NCBI GenBank assembly: GCA_951406725.2
Contig: OX597822.1
Span: forward strand, 105,586,001-105,650,000
Direction of reading: 5' to 3'
Source: Octopus vulgaris
Lineage: Eukaryota
Length of the DNA stretch: 64,000 nt
In this document: in pieces, positions 14,787-27,403 of the stretch
Layout: the number at the start of each line of letters is the position of its first letter
How positions within the stretch are numbered: position 1 is the stretch's first letter
The notes under the pieces: generated by a model
The model's input: only the letters and a program-made list of their open reading frames with translations
Told to the model about the DNA's origin: nothing
The model's database searches: none
Program-made: the position numbers and the translations under genes

Positions 14787-15068
14787 ATGATCGTAAGGTT
14801 GTGAGTTCGATTCCCGGCGACGCGTTGTGTCCTTGAGCAAGACACTTTATTTCACGTTGCTCCAGTCCACTCAGCTGGCAAAAATGAGTTGTACTTGTAT
14901 TTCAAAGGGTCAGCCTTGTCACTCTCTGTGTCACGCTGATTATCCCCGAGAACTACGTTAAGGGTACACGTGTCTGTGGAATGCTCAGCCATTTGCACGT
15001 TAATTTCACGAGCAAGCTGTTCCGTTGATCGTATCAGCTGGGACCCTGGTCGTCGTAACCGGCGGAGT
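14787..15068 (+). mobile_element. SINE family D (tRNA-derived, GTGTCCTTGAGCAAGACACTT segment), 5'-truncated; diverged relative at ~24060-24210 (-)
   Basis: B-box GAGTTCGATTCCC followed by a CORE/V-domain-like segment. Confidence 0.75.
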
Positions 15069-15267
15069 CTTTTTTTTTTAATATGGATCAAGAAATGAAA
15101 CAAATATCTGGAAAATATCACACCTCTGACTGCCCACAACCCGAATATACCATATTAGCACGAGCTGCTACTCTGCGCCACAAGCTGCTACACTACGTCA
15201 CCGCTACCAACCAACCAACCAACCAACCAACCAACTAACTCCACGAGGAAGATCGCCAGTTAAGAAT

Positions 15268-15342
15268 CCCCAACGTTTACCAACCCCCAACGCATACCAA
15301 TTGCCGAGGCTTACCAATTCCCAACGTTTACCAATCCCCAAC
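15268..15342. repeat. 17-bp minisatellite x4.4
   Basis: CCCCAACGTTTACCAA(C/T) units. Confidence 0.85.
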
Positions 15343-15613
15343 TGTTGTTTTTGCGCGTGTATACTCACGCGTGCGAAAGCACACGCGCATACGCATGCGC
15401 GTGTGCGTGCACGCTGGTATGCATGCTTACATACATGTGAGTATACATGCATATGTATATAATAAGGAATACGCATGCGTTATGTCTATACGTGTATGTG
15501 TGTGCATGTGTGCGTATGCGCGTGTATGCGTGTGTGTATGCACGCTGCGTGTTTGTCCGAGTGTGTATGTACGTGTCTATTCGTCCAAGTATGTATGTGC
15601 AGCCAATATACAT

Positions 15614-15844
15614 AATTTCTTTACTACCCACAAGGGGCTAAACACAGAGGGGACAAACAAGGACAGACAAACGGATTAAGTCGATTACATCGACCCCAGT
15701 GGGTAACTGGTACTTATTTAATCGACCCCGAAAGGATGAAAGGCAAAGTCGGCCTCGGCGGAATTTGAACTCAGGACATAACGGCAGACGAAATACGGCT
15801 GCGCATTTCGCCCGGGGTGCTATCGTTTCTGCCAGCTCACTGCC
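15614..15844 (-). mobile_element. SINE family A, full length with TSD
   Basis: TSD TGCAGCCAATATACAT at 15598-15613 and 15854-15869. Confidence 0.92.
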
Positions 15845-16269
15845 TTATATACATGCAGCCAATATACATGCGTGCTCGCTCGTATCCATACACTCATGCA
15901 CGCAAAACCAATTGAGTGAATCTGCACATATAGAACTATATACTTGCATATAGAAATATATACTTGCACATGCCGCCCATCCCTGCTCCCCCCTCCGTGC
16001 AACCCGATCGATATTTTATCCGCCACATGGTTTTTTCCTCTACTCCACGCGGTCAATTTCCTGTTCACCATGCGGTATTTTCCAACTAATTATTACCCAT
16101 AAAGCAACACAAACCACGACACTGCCTAACCTTCTTCGAACAATCGCTGCTCACCTTACTGTAATAATAAACATTTGTCATTCAAATTTAAAATGGCTGA
16201 CGATTAACATCACAATTGAAACTCAAGAGTACCAACGAAATTGAATCAAACTGTTTTGATCCGTCCTTT

Positions 16270-16316
<47 letters not shown>

Positions 16317-16318
<2 letters not shown>

Positions 16319-16630
16319 AGGCGCAATGGCCCAGTGGTTACGGCAGCGGACTCGCGGTTGTAGGATCACGGTTTCGATTCCCAGACCGAGCGTTGTGAGT
16401 GTTTATTGAGCGAAAACACCTAAAGCTCCATGAGGCTCCGTCAGTGGGGTGGGTGGCGATCCCCGCTGTACTCTTTCGCCACAACTTTCTCTCACTCTTT
16501 CTTCTGTTGGCCTGCTCGCTTAGCCAGCGGGGTGACGTCATTTCAAGGCTAAAACAATGCGAAGTGCATTGTCACCAACGATGTGTAGCAACATCTGATA
16601 GCCTGGACAGTCACGGTGATCAAGGTGATA
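16317..16630 (+). mobile_element. SINE family C (tRNA-Arg-like head)
   Basis: GGAGGCGCAATGGCCCAGTGG A-box, GACTCGCGG anticodon-like loop, GGTTTCGATTCC B-box; head shared with copies at 46035 and 63912. Confidence 0.85.
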
Positions 16631-16822
16631 TACCACTGGCGATTTTTTTCCTCTGTCTTCCCTTCTCGGGATATTTCCTTCTCCTATGTTTCCGACGAAG
16701 AGCTCCGCTCGAAACGTTAAGCCCTCCTTCTTCCCTTCTTTCCTGAGCGTCCAATAATACTTTATTTGTTCCACGTCCTCGCGTTGATGTGTTTTTTTGT
16801 TCTTGTGTTTTCTTGTTTGGAT

Positions 16823-16827
<5 letters not shown>
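16631..16827 (+). mobile_element. Short hammerhead-bearing element, CCGACGA family
   Basis: GUUU-CCGACGA-A-GAGC-UCC-GCUC-GAAAC-GUUA at 16688-16722; homologous to 24425-24630 and 36120-36301; ends in (TA)n. Confidence 0.7.
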
Positions 16828-16876
<49 letters not shown>

Positions 16877-17320
16877 AACATATGTGTATGTATGTATCTA
16901 TCTATCTATCTACTTATCTATCTATCTATGCAAAAAAGACACAACGTAAAGCGAAATGTTTCAGCAGGAAGGATGTTATTCGTATATAGTTGGAAAGGAA
17001 GGTAAGGAACAAATGGTATTTTGGACGTTAGGCCTTCATCGGAAAAGGAAAGAAAAGAAAAGGCGAGAAATTGGAAAAGGAACAGCATCAGGAAATAAAT
17101 AAATAAATATAGATAGATAGATAAGTTTCTTTATTGGCCACACAGGGCTGCACACAGATGGGAAAAGTTACAAAGTAGAGCTTTTCTTTTGGGGGAGAAA
17201 AAAAAAAGATGGCGTAGGTTTTCGATCACAAAGGATCGTAAAAGGGAAAAAAGAACAAAAAAAAAGAAAATAGGAAAAAAAAAGGAAAAGAAAAAAAGGG
17301 GGGGATAGATAGATAAGGGG

Positions 17321-17393
<73 letters not shown>

Positions 17394-18861
17394 GTAGGTA
17401 GGTATGTAGGTAGGTAGATATACATTCACACATACATATTATGTGCATGCATACATACATACATATATATATATGTGTGTGTGAGTGTGTGTGTTAAACA
17501 TACCTCAATGTGGCAGAGCAACTCATGCCCACACACACACTTACACACATAACATACACACACATACACACAACACACAGACATGTATCTATTTTGGGTG
17601 CTTGATAGGTAACAAATTGTATGTCAATGTTTTGGATAATGATCTTCTTACTTAAACCATTAAAATTAATTAACCTCTGATTAATCATGAAATAGCTAAC
17701 CACTCATACAATGATATGAGTTTTTAACAGATTATCTCACGGAAATTGTAACGCAACCTACCCAAAACTAAACAACTTAATTACGAGATTATCGAGAATA
17801 AAAAAAAAAAAAATTGTACTAGCTGGGATATAGATGAGGCAGTTTATCATAAATCTGTTTATGTTGTTAGACTGGAATATGATCATTTCGTACAAAACAA
17901 TATCAGATTAAGAGATTAACGTAAACATCGTTAGCCAAATTGCATTACGCGTTTGTTCTTTTTCCTTCCTCGTAGCAGTTTCTGTTCAATGGTTTTAATT
18001 TAATGCTTAAATTGATTTCTGAGTTTTTTCACCTGCCTTATTAAAGCGTTGTGTTTGTGTATGTGTATATGTGTGTTTCTGCTTTAAAGTGTGTGTACGT
18101 GTGAATTCAAATAATATAACCGTCAATTAAACAAACAACAAACAAAATAACAATAGAGAACGATGCAGTCGACTAGTAGATTTTTACGCCTATTGACGGA
18201 AAACCCGGATATAATACATATGTGTGTTTATATACATATGTTTCCTAAGAATCTCGATAAAGAGCTGAGAACTCTGGGGAGGCACACGTATCGGCTAGAG
18301 GAGATTACAAATAAATTTGAAATTTTGTATTATTGCAAACCAGCAAACGTCGTTATTTGTACAATATCCTTCAAGCACGTTCGAATTATGTGGCATGATA
18401 ATGCAGACTAATTGAATAAATAAAATGACCATTGGATTAACACCAACCATGTATAAAGGGAAGGGATTTAACGAAGAACAAAATGGTGAAAAAAGTGAAG
18501 TTATTGTTGAGGTAAAAATTATTATTCTAATGTTTTATTGTTTTTTTTTTCTTTGCTCAAGTGCATTATTTATTGTCCTGCAACACAAAACACTTAATTA
18601 GTAGAAATGATCGTAAGGTGCACACAAACACACGCACGCACACACACATACATGCATATACACACACATATATATGTATATGTATATATATATGAAACTT
18701 TTTTAATATTTCTGAATTTAAGAAAAAATTTATTAAGACAATTCGAAGGAAGTGGTTTTATAAGCCAAATAAACTTAATACAACAAGATTATGCACAGAC
18801 GCTCTTATATATGTATGTGTGTGCATGCGTGTGTATGTGTGTGTGTATGTATGTATATATA

Positions 18862-19060
18862 CATGATAGATCGGTAGCCACTACACACATTTTTTTCTCT
18901 CCCTGTTTCTCTCGTTGCTCCTTTCTGTGTTCCGTTCTGTGAAAGAGCGTAGGCTCGAAACTTAAAAGACTTTTTCAATTCCTGAGCGTTATACTAATAC
19001 ATCGGTTTGTTTTCTACACCAGCTGCCTTCCTCTTTTGTTTTTTACGTGAATTCTCCCTA
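18862..19060 (+). mobile_element. Short hammerhead-like element, CTGTRGA family
   Basis: CTGTGAA-A-GAGC-GTAG-GCTC-GAAAC-TTA; homologous to copies at 19741, 24245 and 63405. Confidence 0.7.
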
Positions 19061-19087
19061 TGTATATATATATATATAGAGAGAGAG

Positions 19088-19182
<95 letters not shown>

Positions 19183-19561
19183 CAAATACTTATTTATGAC
19201 TATGTATATATGTTTATATGCATGTTAATTTGTATATGTGCATGTGGTCAAGAACAGAACAAAAGAGTAAAGCAAGAAAAAATACGGGATAAACTGAAAT
19301 TCAATTTATATTATATTGACAGCCAAAAGAATGGAAAAGTTAACGGTTATAACGTTTCAGAGATTTTTACCTTTGGCTAATGGAAACAGAGAGTGTGATA
19401 ATGAAAAGTGAAAGTAGAATGAAGAAAAAAAGGGGCGTTTCCCGCGGAAGAAGCCTATTGTGCTAGTCATCGTTTTAGCAGCTTACTGACCGGAAGTGAC
19501 GATTGACTATAAGTTAGTATATGCATATATTGTACATGTATACATACACACACACACACAT

Positions 19562-19621
<60 letters not shown>

Positions 19622-19665
19622 ATATATACATATTTATATACATATATATATATAATTATACATGC

Positions 19666-19740
<75 letters not shown>

Positions 19741-19742
<2 letters not shown>

Positions 19743-19922
19743 GAGAATTCACAAACAAACAAAAGACGAAGGCAGGTGGTGTAGAAAACAAACAGATGTA
19801 TTAGTATAACGATTGGGAATTGAAAAAGTCTGTAAGGTTTCGAGCCTACTCTCTTCCACAGAAAGGAACGCAGAAAGAAACAAGGGGAGGAAAATGTGTG
19901 TAGTGGCTAGCGATCTATCGTG
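19741..19922 (-). mobile_element. Short hammerhead-like element, CTGTRGA family
   Basis: Reverse-complement homolog of 18862-19060; core CTGTGGA-A-GAGA-GTAG-GCTC-GAAAC. Confidence 0.7.
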
Positions 19923-20526
19923 CGTGTGTGTGTGTGTGTGTGTGTGTGTCTGTATCTGTATGTCTGTGTGTGGGTGTGAATATAATTCACGTAATATTAC
20001 AACGTATGACGACATAAGATAATAAGGCATATTCAATTAGTGCTCAGGTTGATTCCTTGCCTAAACTCCAGTGTGAACTTCAGCTAAAAAACCAGGAATG
20101 TTACAGCTGTCTAACGAAGATTGGCTATAGGCAGTTTTCCAATTAATGAGGTACCTGTATAAAGGTACAAACAGACAAACAACTAGTTAGAGTTTCATTA
20201 TGATACTTATATAATGAAACAACGATTTAACTAATTATTATTTTCTAGTATCTACTTACTATATTCTAGCAACCACTTATAAATATTTTCAGCTAATGTA
20301 CACATTTTAAGATCTTTCTGTTGATATCTATGCTGTTATTAAACCAGTATGTAAATATATTCATATTTTCAATGAACTTTCGATTTTGAATAGTAATTCC
20401 TAATAGTTAATAAATAAAGTCGTCTTTCAAGTAACTATCAGCTAATGCCTACACCAGAGGCGCTCTCACTGCCCTCATAATGCTTATGAACTTGAATCCC
20501 ACCATAGTCAGCTGATTTTTAACGAT

Positions 20527-20952
20527 AGTGACTGTGAGGTAAGTAGCTTGCTTACCAACCACATGATTCCGGATTCAGTTCCACTGCGTGTCACCTTGGG
20601 CAAGTGTCTTCTACTATAGCCTTGGGTTGACCAAAGCCTTGTGAGTGGATTTGGTAGACGGAAACTGAAAGAAGCCCGTCGTATATACGTATATATATAT
20701 GTATGCATGTATGTGTGCGTATATGTTTGTGTGTCTGTGCTTGTCCCCCCGCTTGATATCGCTTGACCACGGCTTGACAACCAATGCTAGTGTGTTTACA
20801 TCTCCGTAACTTAGCAGTTCGGCAAAAGAGATCCGATAGAATAAGTAGTAGGCTTACAAAGAATAAGTCCTGGGGTCGATTTGCTCGACTAAAGGCGGTG
20901 CTCCAGCCTGGCCGCATTTAACAAGTAAAAGAGTAAAAGAGATTAAAGAGTA
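20527..20952 (+). mobile_element. SINE family B
   Basis: Homologous to 2967-3389 including the (GAGTAAAA)n tail. Confidence 0.88.
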
Positions 20953-21627
20953 TTACCTCTTATTCCTCTTCTTTCTCCGCTCCTCCACTAGCATAACTCA
21001 TTCCTCCCCACGTACATCGCATTAGCCACGATACCACTCATCTAGAACCTAGTAGTATTTTATTGCTTACTTGCAAATCTAGCGCCCACCCATCTTTACA
21101 TAATGCCCTCCACCAGCTGGCTCGTCTAGCGAACTGACGATTCTAATTTACCCTCCACATACACTGATGCTATTCCATACATATCCTCCTCCACACCATC
21201 GGACTTAGCATTCTCCTTCCTATCCATTTGTTTCTGCATATGATTCTGTAACTCATAAACATTACACATTTACCCCTTGTCATATTTGTTGGTTTCGATC
21301 TATCTTCCCCTCATTATCATCTTATATTCTTTGTCACTCTGCTATAACGCTCCTATTTGTATATGTAGCTCTTACTACACATCCTGCGATGATGGAACAG
21401 AGCGCAATTATAAGGTTTGCATTGTGTATATTCTTCAACTGATATTTCATCGGCTTCTTGTAATCTATACTCCTGTTACATTCAGTCCTACCCTCGTGTT
21501 GTATTCATGTTTAAATATATAAACGCATTAATCTGACCTCATACCAGCTGTTTGCTTGCTTATGCTTTATCCTGTTATACATATACATACGCACAAACCA
21601 CACACAAATATACACATATATACACAT

Positions 21628-21673
<46 letters not shown>

Positions 21674-22202
21674 TAAATCACACACACAGACACACACGCA
21701 CACGTATAACACGTATACACAGGCATATGTATATATGCATGCATGTATATATATAAGGACACGTGTGTTTGAAAAGGTTAGACGAAATCGCTCACACACC
21801 AGAAAAAATCTTCTTTCCCCAAAAAAGGTTAGTAACAACCTCAAAATAGATTTCATAGCATGATTTTTAAAATAATATTTTTGTTAAATTACCTGTACAC
21901 TTCAAAAAATGTATTAAGTAATTCTCATACATTTTTATATATAGGAGAGTCTCAATATACGTGGGAATTTAGCACTAGTTTACCGAACGAGTTCTTCCCT
22001 TGGGAGTTCTTGTATCTGAACAGGTACTCGAAAGCACAAAAGTATGTAATCATAAAACAGAGTAGAACTCATTTATTTCTTCATAACTGAGGCTCCACTG
22101 CTTCGCTGTATAGAGGTTCTCTTCCTTTCCTGTCTCACCAGGATAAAGATTGCAAATCTGTGAGTAAACAAGGAATGAAACCTTAGTCCCTGATATATAT
22201 AT

Positions 22203-22603
22203 ATTTCTTTATTGCCCACAAGGGACTAAACATAGAGGGGACAAACAAGGACAGACAAAGGGATTAAGTCGATTACATCGACCCCAGTACTAAACTGCTA
22301 CTTTATTTATCGACACCGAGAGGATGAAAGGCAAAGTCGACCTTGGCGGAATTTGAACGACAGACGAAATGCCTATTTCTTTACTACCCACAAGGGGCTA
22401 AACACAGAGAGGACAAACAAGGACAGGCAAAGGGATTAAGTCGATTACATCAATCCAGTACGTAAATGGTACTTAATTTATCGACCCCGAAAGGATGAAA
22501 GGCAAAGTCGACCTCGGTGGAATTTGAACTCAGAACGTAACGGCAGACGAAATACTGCTACGCATTTCGCCCGGCGCGCTAACGTTTCTGCCAGCTCGCC
22601 GCC
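22203..22603 (-). mobile_element. SINE family A dimer
   Basis: Two tandem body+tail units joined at gacgaaatgcc|tatttc. Confidence 0.9.
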
Positions 22604-22794
22604 TTATAGTCTCTTGTATATGAGTTCATGTGTCTGTGCATGTGTTTTTCTGTATTCATACGTGTGTACGTAATACCTACCGGAAATATACTCGAATCGG
22701 CTGAATCGTTTATATATTCCACCTTTTAAAGCTAAGTTTGTGCTTACGTCTACACAGACCCTTTTGCACACAAGAACATAGAGATGTGTTATTC

Positions 22795-23208
22795 TATTCT
22801 TTTTTTCTTTTATTCTTTTACTTGTTTCAGTCATTTGACTGCGGCCATGCTGGAGCACCGCCTTTAATCGAGCAAATCGACCCGGGGACTTATTCTTTGT
22901 AAGCCCAGTACTTATTCTATCGTTCTCTTTTTGCCGAACCGCTAAGTGACGGGGACGTAAACACACCAGCATTGGTTGTCAAGCAATGCTAAATGAACAA
23001 ACACAGACACACAAACACACATATATATATATTTATACATACATACGACAGACTTCTTACAGTTTCCGTCTACCAAATCCACTCACAAGGCATTGGTCGG
23101 CCCGGGGCTATAGCAGAAGACACTTGCCCAAGATGCCACGCAGTGAGACTGAACCCGGAACCATGTGGTTGGTTAGCAAGCTACTTACCACACAGCCACT
23201 CCTGCGCC
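22795..23208 (-). mobile_element. SINE family B
   Basis: Homologous to 2967-3389. Confidence 0.9.
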
Positions 23209-24244
23209 TATGTGTTGATAGCGTTTCCTTAACATTTCCTTCTCCACTCAATAATTTCCAAATTTGTTGGTGTTCCTTTAATTTGCTCCTCTCCCTCTGA
23301 CCATTCCTTTTTGCTGCTCCTCTTATAATAGTTTGCTTTCACTCTCACTATTCTCACATTCACTATTCAGCAATTCTATTAAACGAGTTATCCCTCACAG
23401 AAGAAGTGGTCTGCTCAAAACGTCATATTTCTCTTCTTTCCCTCTATAGTAAATTTTTTCCACATTCTGAACAGTTTGAATATATTTCAATGGTTAGCTT
23501 CCCTGTTGACGTTAGGGGTTCAAACCTTAATTGCTTCGATGTCCTCCTTCCTACTTTTGTGATTTATAAACGCGTAAAGGGACTTTTTAAATGTATAATC
23601 AATATGATCAATTAAGCTAATATCAATATCTTGCCTTTTACTTGCGATTTTGGTTCCTGGCAAAAAAATATGGAAGAAAAATTATAATTAAGTTAATTTC
23701 AAATGCGTCTTATTAAAATCATTATATAATTCTATGAAGATGAATTCAATGAATTCACTAATAAAGAACTCTTAGTTGCATGATTTTAAGTTGATTCTTT
23801 GTTGTTGGATTGGATAATTTTACCAATATTTTTTAATAGATGTACCTTTGATATTATATAGAATAACCCGTTTATTGTTGCGTAAATTTGAAGATAGCAT
23901 AAGGTTTACATGGAAAAAATTTACACAGAAATGAACCCAGAAATGAATAGCATAGACGTATGACTGTTCAGCTTCTGCCGGATGACCTGCACAAATAATT
24001 TGTTTATAGTGATCAAAAGTATGTGCTGTACAATAGCTCCCTACATGAAATCGACGTTGCTTGAACTGGTACACGGTGTACCATGAATCAAGTGCCGAAG
24101 TGAACACAGAACAACGTGAGATGAAGTGTTTTGCTCAAGAACACAACGAATCATCCGTTCGGAACTGGAACCACGTTCTCTCGAACCACTAGGCTATGCA
24201 TCCTCACATATCTAAAATAATCTATATATCTCCTGATATATATA

Positions 24245-24408
24245 ACTCCCCTTGTTTCTCTCCTTGGTTTTTCTGTGTATCTTTCTGTAGAAGAGCGTAG
24301 GCTCGAAACGTAAAAGACTTGTTCTATTCCTGAGCGCTATACTAATACATCTGCTTGTTTGTACACCACCTGTCTTCGTCTTCGTTTTTTTTCGTAAACT
24401 TTCCCTTT
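24245..24408 (+). mobile_element. Short hammerhead-like element, CTGTRGA family
   Basis: UCUUU-CUGUAGA-A-GAGC-GUAG-GCUC-GAAAC-GUA-AAAGA at 24280-24317; perfect 5-bp stem I. Confidence 0.72.
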
Positions 24409-24424
24409 ATATATATATATATAT

Positions 24425-24626
24425 AGTATGTGACCTCGTGAATACTACCTGCAATTTTTTTCCTCTATTCTCCCGTCTCGGGATCTTTCTTTCTCCTATG
24501 TTTCCGACGAAGAGATCCGCTCGAAACGTCAAACCCTCCTTCTTCCCTTCTTTCCTGAGCCTCTAATAATACTTTATTTGTTCCACATCCTTGCGTTGTT
24601 GTCTTTTTGTTTTCTTGTTTGGATTA

Positions 24627-24630
<4 letters not shown>
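24425..24630 (+). mobile_element. Short hammerhead-bearing element, CCGACGA family
   Basis: GUUU-CCGACGA-A-GAGA-UCC-GCUC-GAAAC-GUC-AAAC at 24500-24534; homologous to 16631-16827. Confidence 0.7.
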
Positions 24631-24696
<66 letters not shown>

Positions 24697-24764
24697 AATT
24701 TTTTGCGTAATGAGATAAAAAAAACTAAGGCTGTATAGATATTAGACCATTTATAGATAGAAGG

Positions 24765-24814
24765 TCTTACAGCTGTTTCTAGGATATTAATTAATAAAAT
24801 CCTTTCATCAGAGA
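24765..24814 (-). ncRNA. Type I hammerhead ribozyme motif (canonical core) within element ~24695-24972
   Basis: UCU-CUGAUGA-A-AGGAU..AUCCU-A-GAAAC-AGCU-GUA-AGA; palindromic stem III ACAGCUGU; element flanked by (TA)n on both sides. Confidence 0.7.
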
Positions 24815-24968
24815 AGGTGTGAGAGGAAAAATTAAGTCATAGTTAGTTTCGATGTGATACAAATAGAGAGTGGGGTGGAGGAAAGAAAATAGATGTAAGA
24901 TATGTATGGGTATTGAATTCGTAAATCCGCTTTACAGGCATAATCGTATATATGCAATATTCCAATAT

Positions 24969-25033
<65 letters not shown>

Positions 25034-25199
25034 GCAGGAGAAAATATGTATTACTCTGGTCGGCAGTTCTTTCTCTGTTTTGGATTTTTTGCAATATATT
25101 TATTGCAATATATTAAACTACATTGTTACTTGTCTTCTCTCGTCTCTGCTAACGTAGACTCCAAGCTGACCGGTGATTACTACAAATATAGAACACTGG

Positions 25200-25840
25200 A
25201 AGAGTTTGGTGGGAATAGTTCGAAGAATAACACCAAACAAATACATTAGAATTATTATTAGCAATAATTCTTTATGTTCGAAGACTCCAGCAGAAACGAT
25301 AAACAGCAGAGCTTTCAGCATCTTGTTATTTTATGTCAATAAGCCGAACGTCTCAGATGAACTATACCACGTTGTCTTCTTTCATATGCAATTCAAACAT
25401 ATTACAATATTCAGTTGCTTACAATTCCTTGCGGGTCAACGTTCTATCATCTGCAGGAATGTTACGCGTTGTGTCAATGGACTGGACGCCAATATGTGGG
25501 TAGCTGCGTTGTTCTTTCATTAATGGTCGTCACAGAAACATAATGTATCTTATGCATGTATAGTTGAAGATCTAAAACTACTTTTAACGGCTGTACATTT
25601 CAATGAATAACCTTCCATATTTCATAGCCAACTAGATTAACAAACATGATAATAGCTGACTTGCAGACTTGCTGAGCAAAAACGATGTATTTTCTGGAAC
25701 AATTCAATGGCTTTGTCCAAATACAAATTTACTGTGCATTGTGCTTTGTCATTCTTAAGCATATTTCCCATTTATTTCCTAAGCTGCATATGCTGAGCAG
25801 AAGGAAATTGTGTCAATTTTCATTTTGCCAAGAGCAGTTT
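25200..25840 (-). pseudogene. Possible highly degraded hAT (ZMYM1-like/TTF zinc-finger) transposase fragment
   Basis: Frameshift-interrupted pieces appear in the expected order: FCSAY, W..KAIELFQK.H, IPADD..KQLNIVIC, LIDIK.QDAES; many stops. Confidence 0.3.
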
Positions 25841-25956
25841 GTGTCAGAGTTTTTCGTTATGTGTATACGTGCGTGCGTGTGTGTGTCAGTGTGTGTGTGT
25901 GTGTGTGTGTGTCAGTGTATGTGTCTGTGTCTGTGTGTGCGTGTGTGTGTCGTCGA

Positions 25957-26113
25957 AGTTCAAATTCCGCCGAGGTCGACTTTGCCTTTCATCCTTTCGG
26001 GGTCGATAAATTAAGTACCAGTTACGCACTGGGGTCGATGTAATCGGCTTAATCCCTTTGTCTGTCCTTGTTTGTCCCCTCTACGTTTAGCCCCTTGTGG
26101 GCAGTAAAGAAAT
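25957..26113 (+). mobile_element. SINE family A, 5'-truncated
   Basis: Begins at B-box AGTTCAAATTCC, ends AAAGAAATA. Confidence 0.88.
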
Positions 26114-26451
26114 ATATATAACTGTTCAGAATGTTCCCGCCGCTTTCGCGCCGACTGCTACCCTTGGCAATGTTGACGCACCGACTACTGTCTTCGGCAT
26201 GCTGAACCCTAATACACTAAAACGAATATTAGAAGTTAATAATAGGTGTAATTGCTTAATACATCATACAGCATAACTTACGTGAAACCATTTATACATT
26301 ATTCATATCATAATGAATCGATACATATACTTGTATTGACTCCTATTGGATCCATTAACTGCTACTCGCCATCACAAGCCATCAGGGTGACAAACACTGA
26401 CATACACTGAAAAGACTTCCATATGTGCATGTGTGTGTATGTGTATGTGTA

Positions 26452-26484
<33 letters not shown>

Positions 26485-26752
26485 ATCACCAGTGTTGGAC
26501 AAATTTGAGCAAGGTCATGTCTAACTTAATACTTAATACCAGCAAAAAGACTAGTCTATTCTGATATAATTTCCGACTGCGTAGGTCACTACTAGTGAAA
26601 CAGAAATATAATTACGGAGATGTACTTGCGTAGCTAGTGACTTGATCTGAGATCGTGTGCTGGAACGAAAACAATTGCAGCGTGGAAGGTGTTTATAAGC
26701 AATTTAAGAAACACACAAAAACCGTTAGATTCCCTTCAACATTCAAATTTAA

Positions 26753-26803
26753 TTTGTCAAAACACTTTCGTCGCTTTGATACCGCGACCTGTTCACTGAC
26801 AAA
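26753..26803 (-). ncRNA. Hammerhead-like motif with G3-C8 core within element ~26607-26810
   Basis: UUUGUCA-GUGAACA-G-GUCGC-GGUAUCAAA-GCGAC-GAAA-GUGU-UU-UGACAAA; 7-bp stem I, 5-bp stem II. Confidence 0.6.
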
Positions 26804-27338
26804 ACTTTGTGAGAATATATTTATGTAAAACATTTCTGAACGATTGTAAAAGTGTTTCGCAAACCAATGAAACTCGGTGTAATGAATTTTTAAATCAACT
26901 CCTGTTCACTTGTTTATTCTACATACAGTGGGTGTGTTCTTTTCTTTTGCTTGAACGCCGATACACAGATACACACACGCACACGCAAACACGCAAACAC
27001 ACATTTCTATGTACAAACATGCATAGATATGTATGCATTTATATATATATATATATAGGTAGATAGATAGATATATATGCATATATACACACACATATAT
27101 ACACATATATATATACATACATATATACATACACACACACATATATATACATATATACATATATACATATATATACATACATATATGTATATATATATAT
27201 ACACACACACGTATATATACATACATATATATATACATACATATATACACACACATGTATATATATATAAATACATATATATATGCATGTGTATATATAT
27301 ATACACACACACAGATATATATATATACGTATGTGTAT

Positions 27339-27403
<65 letters not shown>

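Noticed and set aside
16317-16390. tRNA-Arg gene (also 63912-63985)
   Set aside because: A/B boxes present but the cloverleaf is imperfect and runs into a SINE body; it is a SINE head.
17010-17047. Additional hammerhead-like relics (CCGATGAAGGC..GTCCAAAAT on minus; also ~7125-7185 and ~19345-19390)
   Set aside because: Too degenerate: GAAA or CUGANGA broken and stems unconvincing.
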